Source: Edaphobacter aggregans (GTDB taxonomy: Bacteria > Acidobacteriota > Terriglobia > Terriglobales > Acidobacteriaceae). From it: 32,000 nucleotides of DNA. Below the pieces are notes generated by a model, which was given only the letters and a program-made list of their open reading frames with translations, ran no database searches and was not told where the DNA came from. Each line of letters opens with the position of its first letter. Within the stretch, counting starts at the first letter, position 1. The stretch spans positions 870,001-902,000 of the forward strand of contig NZ_RSDW01000001.1 in the NCBI RefSeq assembly GCF_003945235.1, given 5' to 3'. Below, in pieces: positions 1 to 8,823 of this stretch. The translations under genes were made by a program, and so were the position numbers.

Positions 1-2
1 CG

Positions 3-884
3 CCTAAGGAGGCACCCATAGAAGTAACGAGAGGGCAAATGATCAATGCCTCCAAAAAGGAGTTGGGCACTCCCACTCTCGATCCGAAACTTCACACGTT
101 CCTTGAAAAAAGCCAGCTATTCTTCGAAAGTGTAATCAATACACTTTCTGCCGAAGATCAGGAAGCTATGGCTTTGCAAATAACGACGATCTCGGACGAT
201 ATCACGAAAGACCCTGCCGTAGGACACGCCTCTGCATTCGATCTCACACTGAGCTTCAGGAAAGAGTGCGAAGCGCTATCCTCTGCCGCTATTCATCTGC
301 CTCGGTTAGAACAAGGCTTTTCAAGCGTGTGGCCCGCGGCTGTCCGCTACATGCTGCCGAGCAATGAACCAGGGATATCTATCGAACAAACATGGTCCCC
401 TGTGCTTGCGTGGATTCTTCTCCGTAGTTTTCCGCCGCATGGGATGAGCGCCTCCCTGTTCGATAGGCTTCAGTTGCGGTCGGCTCTGGCGGAACTTTTT
501 TCATCCCTGGGAATGGAAGGTGAAAAAGCGTGGAGAGCTGCTGCACAAGTAAGAATTCTGCTGTCACACGCAGATTTTTCCTCCAGTTCGTTGATTGACT
601 CAGAGGCATTCTGGGCCGACCCCGATGTTAGATGGTTTACAGGCATCAACGAGGTCTCGAGCACCATCTACTTCAACAAAGAACTGTTCGGCGAACTGCT
701 AAGTTGGGTTCAACTACCCACGTTGTTAAACGTTGTGCGGCAAGATGGAGTCATACTGTTCTTTATTAATGAAATTGAACTCACTGTATCGAGAGCTTGT
801 TCAACGGCAAAAGATGCCGGGTACAAGTTAGATAGATATCTCAACCTCATGAACCAGCAGGACCCCCGCCTAAGCTCTGATTAG
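3..884 (+). CDS. Hypothetical protein, probably the 3' part of a larger gene (frame is open to the left window edge; first in-window ATG at 39)
   Basis: ORF 39..884 comes from the track. Codons 3..38 in the same frame contain no stop, so the gene may start upstream of the window. GC is visibly lower and codon endings are mixed. I can name no motif with confidence. Confidence 0.5.
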   Translation, partial: PKEAPIEVTRGQMINASKKELGTPTLDPKLHTFLEKSQLFFESVINTLSAEDQEAMALQITTISDDITKDPAVGHASAFDLTLSFRKECEALSSAAIHLPRLEQGFSSVWPAAVRYMLPSNEPGISIEQTWSPVLAWILLRSFPPHGMSASLFDRLQLRSALAELFSSLGMEGEKAWRAAAQVRILLSHADFSSSSLIDSEAFWADPDVRWFTGINEVSSTIYFNKELFGELLSWVQLPTLLNVVRQDGVILFFINEIELTVSRACSTAKDAGYKLDRYLNLMNQQDPRLSSD

Positions 885-1330
885 CCGACGATACGGATTT
901 AGCATTCACAGTTCATGCGAAACTCTATTCTCGCTAACGCGAGCTGGACGTGAGCAGATCGTAAGACATTAGCCAGGTTATCGTTACTAATTGGACCGAC
1001 AATGGACATGGATTATTTCTGAATTCCGGTCGACTGCCTGGAACACCGAAGTAGCTCTAGTATTGGCTCAATAAGCGACGTAGTCCGAGTTCGCCCTATT
1101 GTGATGATGCCAGCTGAATCTACCATCAAGTGGAATCCAGAGCGATTTTTGATTCACAGCGAACAGTGCAGGAGTTAGATGCTGGAGCGTCATTCATCCT
1201 CTGGCATCTTGCAATTCACGGACTGACGGGTGACGATAACCTGCATAGGTGGTTGTAGAAGTTCCGAAAGTGAACGACGGGAAAGCATTCATCGTCAACA
1301 ATTTGCAATCTAGCCGGCGATCAGAATATC

Positions 1331-4300
1331 TCAATAGATAAGCTTCAAAGAGAATTGAATTTGACGTGAGTTCCCTGCGGTTTTGCTGATTACACCGAAA
1401 CCGGCACCTTCAAGTGTGTTCGCGGGAAGCCCCATCGTCACTATGTTGAAGATGTTGAAGAACTCGGCACGAAATTGCAGGCTGACGAGGTCGCCTCCGC
1501 TCGATCGCTTACCGAACGGCGTGTCCTTGATGAAGGCAAAGTCATAGTTGTAGAAAGCTGGTCCGCGAAATGTGTCTCTGCCTAAGCTGCCAAAGCGTCC
1601 TTTATTCGGGCCCGTGCCGTCGGGCAGATTTATTGGGATTGAAAAATAAGAGGTATTATTTGCGCCCATTCCGAAATAGTCTTCCCGAATCTTCCTCGCC
1701 GTAGAGAGGTTCGGCGTCGCTATTTGATCCGGGCGATCTGCGCCGTTAGAACCGGCGCCTGTCTGCTGGACTCCGGAGTAGACGGTAAAAGGTAGGCCAC
1801 TGTTGATCGTCGAGATGCCCATGATCTGCCATCCCCCCGTGACCTTGGAGGTGACACTATCAAGAGCAGACCAATCTTCGAGATGAAGGTCCTGCACGGC
1901 GCTCAATGTAAATGCATGTCCGACATCAAAGGTCGACGGGCCTTTTTCAGGGCGAGTGTTGAAGGGGTCCTGTGGATAGGCTTGCGCAACCGCACCGGTT
2001 GCTCCCAAACCACCCGAAACGGAGCTGGTGTCATCGAGAGACTTCCCCCAGGTATAGCTGGCAGAGAGACTGGGTCCACGGCGGCCAAAGTTTCCAGAGA
2101 GTGAAGTTTGGAGTGCGTGATAGGTGGAGTGGGACGAGGCGGTGATGATACTCTCGAGGCCAAAACCACCGATAGGCACACCTGAAGAATCAAACCGCGT
2201 GTGACTGGCAAACTCAGGACCTGCTCCGGGATAGGCGTTTGGAAAGCTTGTGCGGGGCAGTTTTACTCCTGCCGTTCCAACATAGTTCACGTCGGCCGTC
2301 AGGGTTCCAAAGGCTCTCTCGAGACCTGCGGTCCAGGTATAGAGAGTGCCGTTGCCGAAAGATCGATCGATTCCGCTAAGGCCAAGAGGGCTTACCGCAT
2401 GGCTTGGTGTAAGGGCGGCAACGTCGTTCTGATAGCGATCAATATCCATGACCGTATTGGGTGCGACATCCTTTGTATTGCCGCTCGCAAAGATATCTAC
2501 GCCAGCCGGCGTATACGCGCGCGGCAACTGCGCCGGCGTGATCTGGAAGCCAAACGGAACGGGGGCGCCCTTCGCCGCAACCAACCTGGGATAGACGGCA
2601 AATGGCGTAGAGCCTGTAAGAAAGTTGTCCTGCCAGATGTTCGGCGGGATGACCGTAATCGCGCCCCCAACATGAAACTGCAAGAGCTGTGATGCGTGCC
2701 ATGTCAGCTGTGCCCGGGGGCCCCAGCCATTGAGGTTGAGCTTATATCCGGGCTGAGGATTGACCACGTATTCCTGCACATTACCCGTATTCAAGAAGCC
2801 TGATGTTCGTTTTGCGCGCTCCGTGATCGGCGTGTAAATCTCCCATCGGATTCCGTAGTCGAGCAGGAAACTAGGATTCAACTTCCAGCTATCCTGCGCA
2901 TAAACAGCTCCAGCGTTGCGATTGATCGCGGCCGGTCCGATGTGTTCTCCGTTGGAGAAATAGCTGGGGGCGACGGCCACCGTATAAACAAACGGGCTTC
3001 CCGAGAGTAGTCCCGTCAATGTATCAGGCAGTGGATCGCCGGCATGGATATCGTGAGTTCCGCTCACAGACGGGATATCGGTTCTCGCATATGCCGTTCC
3101 GCCGCCGAAGTCATACTCTCCGTTCGGGCTAATGCCGAAGTAGGTAGTATCTCTGTTGAATCGAACCTCGCCACCAAACTTCAATGTGTGGGATCCCGTC
3201 GCTACAGTGAAACTCTGTTGCGCTTGGAACAAATTTCCAAACGCTGTCATTACTGATCCAGCAGCCGAATTGAACGCTTCGTATGACCCGTCACTGAACT
3301 TCAAAGCGGGGTCGGTTCGGTTCGGCGTTGGGAAAGAGGGTGTGCTCCGCGTGACACTTATGGACGAGGCCATCGACACGTCGGGCGATATCGTCCGAGT
3401 AAAGTTGAACACCAGATTTCTCTGTCGATCAATGTACTGCACTCCGAACGAGGGATCTATGGCAGTCTGGTCAGGATTCGTCGTGGGGCCAGTCAGATTG
3501 TTGAAATTGAACCGCACTAAAAAATGATTCTTATCGGAGAAGTCGTGATCGAGTCGGATGGAGAACTGGTCCGCATCGGTCGCCACCTTGGACGAAGTCG
3601 CATAGGTATGCACGCCGTAAGAACCGGTCGGGAGATTGGGTAGAGGATACCGTGCCAGAATCTTCGCGATTCCGGCGTCCACCGGCACGATAAGCGTATC
3701 CCCTGGATAAGCCGTCGTGTCTATCCCCTGGCGCTCTTCAACCGTTGGAACGGGAAAGACCTGCGTGGTCCCGAGCACCTGGCGAAATCCCTGATATTGC
3801 CCAAAATAAAACGTCTTTCCCCGGCCGTCGTATATGTGAGGAATCACAACGGGACCGCCATTGGTAAAGCCAAACTCGTTGCGTCGAAAAGGCGGGATTC
3901 GTTCCGGATGCTCAGCCGTTGCATGGTCAAAGTAGTTGCGCGCATCGAAGGCCGAGTTTCTGACGAATGAGAAGACCGATCCGTGAAATCCGTTGCTCCC
4001 AGACCGGGTGATGATGTTCGTGAAGCCGGCTGCGCCTCGGCCGACCTCGGCGGGCATCCAGCCGGAACTCGACTTTATCTCTTCAACCGCATCAACGTTG
4101 AAGTTAGAGAAGGTCGAGCCGCCCATCTCGGGATCACTGATATCAGCGCCGTCCATCGCAAATACGGCTTCCACGCCGCGTTGGCCATTAATCGCAAATT
4201 GCTGCGTGAAGTTCGTGGCGCCGTTTGCATCGGTCATCGTGCCGGCGGCCAACAACAAAAGCTGGCTGAAGTCCCGCTTGTTGAGCGGCAGCACACTCAC

Positions 4301-4705
4301 CGTCTGGCTCGATAGCGCTTCCCCACCAGTGGATGTACCCAGATCTGCCGCTGAAGTTACAGAGAGGCTTTTCTGGGCAGAAAGCGTAATGGCAACTGTA
4401 GGAGACGTGCTCACTACGTTGATGGGGACTGCATATTGAATCTTGTCGTGATTCACATCGACTGAAAGCCGATACTGCCCGGCGGGTATCAGTTCAATCC
4501 GAAACTGCCCGCCTGTTGCCGTCGTTGCATTGAAGGTTCTGCCCTGCCCTTTAAGGTGAATCTCTGCACCCGGAATCGGTACACCTGCAGTATCGCGGAG
4601 CACTCCCCGCCAGAAAGGAAGTGCCGCATTCTGCGCCAGGATCCCCTCCGAAAATACAAAACAGGCTACAACTGCCGCGGCCAGGATTTTGGAATACCAC
4701 ATCAT
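1331..4705 (-). CDS. TonB-dependent outer-membrane receptor with N-terminal carboxypeptidase-regulatory-like domain
   Basis: About 1125 aa. Signal peptide MMWYSKILAAAVVACFVFSEGILAQ. CarboxypepD_reg-like segment (GVLRDTAGVPIPGAEIHLKG...YRLSV). Plug-region motif VLPLNKRDFSQLLLLAAGT, typical of the giant acidobacterial TonB-dependent receptors. The C-terminal beta-barrel ends in an aromatic residue (QFSLKLIY). The ORF-track start 4711 is TTG; the first ATG (4705) is used here. Confidence 0.9.
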   Translation of the reverse strand: MMWYSKILAAAVVACFVFSEGILAQNAALPFWRGVLRDTAGVPIPGAEIHLKGQGRTFNATTATGGQFRIELIPAGQYRLSVDVNHDKIQYAVPINVVSTSPTVAITLSAQKSLSVTSAADLGTSTGGEALSSQTVSVLPLNKRDFSQLLLLAAGTMTDANGATNFTQQFAINGQRGVEAVFAMDGADISDPEMGGSTFSNFNVDAVEEIKSSSGWMPAEVGRGAAGFTNIITRSGSNGFHGSVFSFVRNSAFDARNYFDHATAEHPERIPPFRRNEFGFTNGGPVVIPHIYDGRGKTFYFGQYQGFRQVLGTTQVFPVPTVEERQGIDTTAYPGDTLIVPVDAGIAKILARYPLPNLPTGSYGVHTYATSSKVATDADQFSIRLDHDFSDKNHFLVRFNFNNLTGPTTNPDQTAIDPSFGVQYIDRQRNLVFNFTRTISPDVSMASSISVTRSTPSFPTPNRTDPALKFSDGSYEAFNSAAGSVMTAFGNLFQAQQSFTVATGSHTLKFGGEVRFNRDTTYFGISPNGEYDFGGGTAYARTDIPSVSGTHDIHAGDPLPDTLTGLLSGSPFVYTVAVAPSYFSNGEHIGPAAINRNAGAVYAQDSWKLNPSFLLDYGIRWEIYTPITERAKRTSGFLNTGNVQEYVVNPQPGYKLNLNGWGPRAQLTWHASQLLQFHVGGAITVIPPNIWQDNFLTGSTPFAVYPRLVAAKGAPVPFGFQITPAQLPRAYTPAGVDIFASGNTKDVAPNTVMDIDRYQNDVAALTPSHAVSPLGLSGIDRSFGNGTLYTWTAGLERAFGTLTADVNYVGTAGVKLPRTSFPNAYPGAGPEFASHTRFDSSGVPIGGFGLESIITASSHSTYHALQTSLSGNFGRRGPSLSASYTWGKSLDDTSSVSGGLGATGAVAQAYPQDPFNTRPEKGPSTFDVGHAFTLSAVQDLHLEDWSALDSVTSKVTGGWQIMGISTINSGLPFTVYSGVQQTGAGSNGADRPDQIATPNLSTARKIREDYFGMGANNTSYFSIPINLPDGTGPNKGRFGSLGRDTFRGPAFYNYDFAFIKDTPFGKRSSGGDLVSLQFRAEFFNIFNIVTMGLPANTLEGAGFGVISKTAGNSRQIQFSLKLIY

Positions 4706-4945
4706 CACCAACTACGAAGCCTGAGATTTTGCGTTTGCATCATTCACGAAAGTTTTCCTTTACTCGTTCCTAGAGAAGAGTTCGGCTGCTCCATATTACT
4801 TGTCGCGTACGTATCATAACGAGTCAGCCCAAGGTCAGCCAGCAAGTCTTCTCGTTTGCAATCCTCAATCCTTCGACTCGGATGAACAAAGTGCCTCACA
4901 GATACGGGAGAACCCCCTACGCTGCCATAACCCATCGGCCACGTC

Positions 4946-7402
4946 CTATGGTCCTGGAAAAGATGGAGGCTCATCGTCGCGCCCCACACCCCAACTCTTG
5001 TTCGGAAGATCCCCTAAATCGAACTCGAGGGTCCCGCCTTTGAGCGAAAAGCTTTCTGGTAGCCACGTTTTTGAACTCGACTTTCCGTTGACCTTCACCC
5101 CTTGGACATAGAATCTGTCCGTCGATGCGCCTGCGGCTCGGATATGGATATCTCCATTCGGTCGATGGATTGTCAATTTTGAAAAAAGTGGACTGGCAAG
5201 TACGAGCTCTGCCCGGCCCGGGATCTCGGGGTAGAGTCCCATCGAAGCGAATACAGCCCACGACGACATCTCTCCGAGATCGTCGTTACCAGGAATGCCG
5301 TCCGGGGCATCTTTCCAGATCGTGTTGAGTACCTGTCGTACAAGTTGCTGTGTCTTCCAAGGCTGCCCTGCAAAATCGTAGAGCCACGGCGTCTCGATTG
5401 ACGGCTCGTTGGCTAGTTCTGCATGCAACGGCCCAGCCTTGGTTACCGCCGGAGCACCTTTCTCGTCATAAAAGAATTTGTCGAGTCTAGCGACTGCCTT
5501 GTCTGTTCCACCCATCTGTTCAAACAATCCGGCAACATTGAATGGCACCATCCACACATATTGCGCAGCACTGCCCTCTACGAACCCAGCGCCGGTTGAC
5601 GGCGTAAAGGCATGTGGCGTCGGATCGTTATCTTCGTCGTCATCTTTATGAACCGGTGGCCAGTTACCATCAGCGTTGCGGTTCATGAAATACCCACCAT
5701 CCGGTGCAGCGTTGGGGTTCCAGATGTTCTTCCAATACTGGGCTCTGTCTGCAAATCTCTTCTGCGTGCCTTCATCGCCGAGATGCCCTGCGAGCGCGGA
5801 GATCGAAAATTCTGCGGTTACGTCTTCCAGCGTATCAGCTGCCGGACCCCAGGCAGGTGCGCCCACTGGAATATAGTGCAGCTTCAACCATTGATCGAGC
5901 CCGGGACGCTGACCCACGCACTCCACCGGACATCCGTCATGACTTAGATCCTCTTTGGTCGGAACATCTGCTGCTTGGACTAATGATGCGAGCGCTGCCT
6001 TGGCATCGAACTCCCTTCCTCCAAAAGCCCAGATATCCGCGATTGCGGCGGCCGCCGGGTCGCCGTTCATGACGTGGGTCGCACCACCCATGTGAGTCCA
6101 ACGATCCCATCGCCCACCATCCTGCATCGACTGGTTATAGAGGCTTTGCGCAATATCGCTTCCCAGCTTAGGATCAAGCCAGGTCAGCAGTTGGAACTGC
6201 GATCGATAAACATCCCACCCGGAGAAGTTAGCGTACTGCACCGACTGTGGCGGCGCGACTCGGTGAACCTTGCCATCCATTCCCATGTATTCACCGTTTA
6301 TGTCGCTGTACGTGGTGGGAGTCATGAGAGCGTGATACAGCGCTGTCGTGAATATCCTTCGCTGCTCTTCCGTGCCGCCTTCAATCTCGATCTGATCAAG
6401 ACGTTTGTTCCATGCCGTCCGGGCTCGCGCTGCAGCCTGCTCGTAGGTTGTGGCGGTAAGACTTTCCGCATCGAGATTGGCCTTTGCGTTGGCCTCACTT
6501 ACGTAGGAGATTCCGATCCGAACGCGAACCACGCCACCGGTATCGAATGTCACCCAAACCCCTGAGCCACGACCAGTCTCTGGGATTCCCTTCGGTCCGA
6601 ATCCTGTACCACCTTCGGACTCGGTCGCTCCTGGACTTACCCTTTCATCTCTCCATGAACCGGAATCAGTAATCGGTCGATCGAACTGAGCCACAAAGTG
6701 GAGCGTGTAGTAGGGTCGACGGTCTTCCGTGCCGATGTACCCGCAGAAGTTGCCGCTCTTTACTGACCCCGTAACCGTTCCTGTCTCCAGATTGATTCGG
6801 GTCTTTGCTTCGGCGGACCCTGCCTCAGAGTCGGAAGTCCTCACCAGCACTCGTGCCGGTTTACCATCTGGAAACCGGAAGGTTGCGACGCCCATGCGTG
6901 TGGCCGCCGAAAGATCCACCTCAACTCCGTTGTCCAGCTTTACCTGATAAGAACCTGGCTCAGCCTTCTCGTGCACGTGACTAAACCCCGATGAGTACGC
7001 ATGCCGGAAGTCAGAAGAAGGTGACTTGTCTACTATCTCAGTGATCGGCATGAGCGGCACATCGCCGGAACCGCCCGCGCACCCCCAACCCTCGACATTG
7101 GTAAGGCTGAAGCCTCTGATTCCGGTGGCGCGATATTCATAGCCACCCGGAGCGGCAATCATTCGCTTGGTATTTACCGGAGTAGCCTCAGGGCTGAACT
7201 GCACCATACCAAACGGCATGGTGGCTCCAGGGAACACATTCCCTCCATTTGTCGTTCCGACAAACGGGTTGGCCTCTGAGGACCTATCGGCATAACCAAA
7301 GACAGTCTGCGACGGAATCGTGGCTCCCACGATCAAGGCGGTAGTCAATAGGCGAGAGAGCAGAGAGCGGTGTGTGAGGAACATTCGTGAAGCGTAAGGC
7401 AT
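4946..7402 (-). CDS. Glycoside hydrolase family 92 alpha-mannosidase (secreted)
   Basis: 818 aa with an N-terminal signal-like segment. GH92 hallmark blocks are present: NPFVGTTNGGNVFPGATMPFGMVQFSPE, EKAEPGSYQVKLDNGVEVDLSAATRMGVATFRFP, NFSGWDVYRSQFQLL and PGNDDLGEMSSWAVFASMGLYP. Confidence 0.9.
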   Translation of the reverse strand: MPYASRMFLTHRSLLSRLLTTALIVGATIPSQTVFGYADRSSEANPFVGTTNGGNVFPGATMPFGMVQFSPEATPVNTKRMIAAPGGYEYRATGIRGFSLTNVEGWGCAGGSGDVPLMPITEIVDKSPSSDFRHAYSSGFSHVHEKAEPGSYQVKLDNGVEVDLSAATRMGVATFRFPDGKPARVLVRTSDSEAGSAEAKTRINLETGTVTGSVKSGNFCGYIGTEDRRPYYTLHFVAQFDRPITDSGSWRDERVSPGATESEGGTGFGPKGIPETGRGSGVWVTFDTGGVVRVRIGISYVSEANAKANLDAESLTATTYEQAAARARTAWNKRLDQIEIEGGTEEQRRIFTTALYHALMTPTTYSDINGEYMGMDGKVHRVAPPQSVQYANFSGWDVYRSQFQLLTWLDPKLGSDIAQSLYNQSMQDGGRWDRWTHMGGATHVMNGDPAAAAIADIWAFGGREFDAKAALASLVQAADVPTKEDLSHDGCPVECVGQRPGLDQWLKLHYIPVGAPAWGPAADTLEDVTAEFSISALAGHLGDEGTQKRFADRAQYWKNIWNPNAAPDGGYFMNRNADGNWPPVHKDDDEDNDPTPHAFTPSTGAGFVEGSAAQYVWMVPFNVAGLFEQMGGTDKAVARLDKFFYDEKGAPAVTKAGPLHAELANEPSIETPWLYDFAGQPWKTQQLVRQVLNTIWKDAPDGIPGNDDLGEMSSWAVFASMGLYPEIPGRAELVLASPLFSKLTIHRPNGDIHIRAAGASTDRFYVQGVKVNGKSSSKTWLPESFSLKGGTLEFDLGDLPNKSWGVGRDDEPPSFPGP

Positions 7403-7554
7403 GCTCTATCTTATTGTCACGATCTTGAAAATTTGAGGATGAATCCAAACCTTTGCCTGGGGTCGACGGAATATTTCCGCTTTATTGACCGCCGTGGCCA
7501 CTCCATCACCGCTCGCAAAAGTGACAGCCGATAGAGATCAGGGATAGCCATCCA

Positions 7555-8823
7555 CTAGGCAAGTGGTCTGCCTTTTGTCTCGGGAATCCAAAACCAGCAA
7601 AGCGCCGCCATAACGAATGCGGTTCCTGCTGCGGCAAATGCAATGCCAAATCCGTGTTGTTGGGCCATGCTCCCAACCACAAATGGCGCGGCGGCGCTTG
7701 CAACGCGGCCGATGTTATAAGCAAAGCCTTGTGCTGTAGCGCGGATTTGGGTTTCATAGATCTCTGCTGTCACGGTGGCGAACCCGGTGTAGTACCCGGT
7801 TCCGAAGAACGCAACTAACGGACCGAGTGCTATGAGTAGCCACGGTGTATGGACGCGCGCGTAGAAGAACATGAGGAGTGCCGCTAATATCAGATAGAGG
7901 ACATAGCAGCGCTTGCGCCCAAAGACGTCGCTCAGAAAGCCGAAGCTGACGTAGCCGAGCCACATGCCGGCCTGCATGGCGATCACGGTGGCAGACATCG
8001 CGTGGGTGGACAGTCCAACTCCACCTCGGTCGCTGGGCAAGGAGAGATAGGCGGGGACCCAGAGATTAAAACCCCACCACGCAAACAGCGTACAGGAGTT
8101 CATAAGGGTGATGGCGATGGTAATAGTCCTCAGATCGCTCCGAAAAATGTGACGAAAGCCGTGCAAGGGTCCCTCGCGAGGAAGAGTTGCGCTGCGCTTC
8201 CATAGTTCGGGCTCTGCCACGCGACGGCGAACGGTCAGCGTAAAGAAGGCAGGCAGAATTCCCACAAAGAAGACTGCACGCCATCCCTTCCACGGCAGGA
8301 CCAGACCGGCGACCAGAGCTGCGAGGGCATAGCCGACGGCCCAGGAGCTCTGCATGATTCCGAGAGCCTTGCCGCGGTGTCGGTCGGGCCAGGTCTCGGA
8401 TACGAGCGCCGCGCCGCTTGCCCATTCGCCACCCATGCCGAGGCCAAGCAGGATACGGAATATTGCAAGTTGGACGATGTTTTGAGCGAAGCCGCAGGCA
8501 GCCGTGAAGATTGCGTAGATGAGCACGCTGCCGATGAGAGCTCGCACGCGACCGTATCGGTCTGCAATAACGCCGAAGACCAAACCGCCCGCTGCCGCAG
8601 CGAGCAGTGTGATGGAACCGAGGACCCCGGCTGTTTGTTTGCTAATCCCGAGACCGAGGATCAGCGAGGCCAGGACAAGCGCATAAAGCATCACGTCAAA
8701 GGAGTCCAGCATCCAGCCGAAAGAGGCTGCGACGAGCGCGCGACGTGCTTCGGGGGGAGCGTGGCGCCACCAATCAAAATGGGTTGGTCGTGATGTTTGA
8801 CTCAGCTGCGATATCTCGCTCAT
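7555..8823 (-). CDS. MFS transporter (metabolite:H+ symporter type, substrate unknown)
   Basis: 422 aa and hydrophobic throughout, with about 12 TM-like segments by eye. MFS loop motif GVIADRYGRVRAL. Its ATG overlaps the upstream hydantoinase stop (ATGA at 8820-8823). Confidence 0.88.
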   Translation of the reverse strand: MSEISQLSQTSRPTHFDWWRHAPPEARRALVAASFGWMLDSFDVMLYALVLASLILGLGISKQTAGVLGSITLLAAAAGGLVFGVIADRYGRVRALIGSVLIYAIFTAACGFAQNIVQLAIFRILLGLGMGGEWASGAALVSETWPDRHRGKALGIMQSSWAVGYALAALVAGLVLPWKGWRAVFFVGILPAFFTLTVRRRVAEPELWKRSATLPREGPLHGFRHIFRSDLRTITIAITLMNSCTLFAWWGFNLWVPAYLSLPSDRGGVGLSTHAMSATVIAMQAGMWLGYVSFGFLSDVFGRKRCYVLYLILAALLMFFYARVHTPWLLIALGPLVAFFGTGYYTGFATVTAEIYETQIRATAQGFAYNIGRVASAAAPFVVGSMAQQHGFGIAFAAAGTAFVMAALCWFWIPETKGRPLA

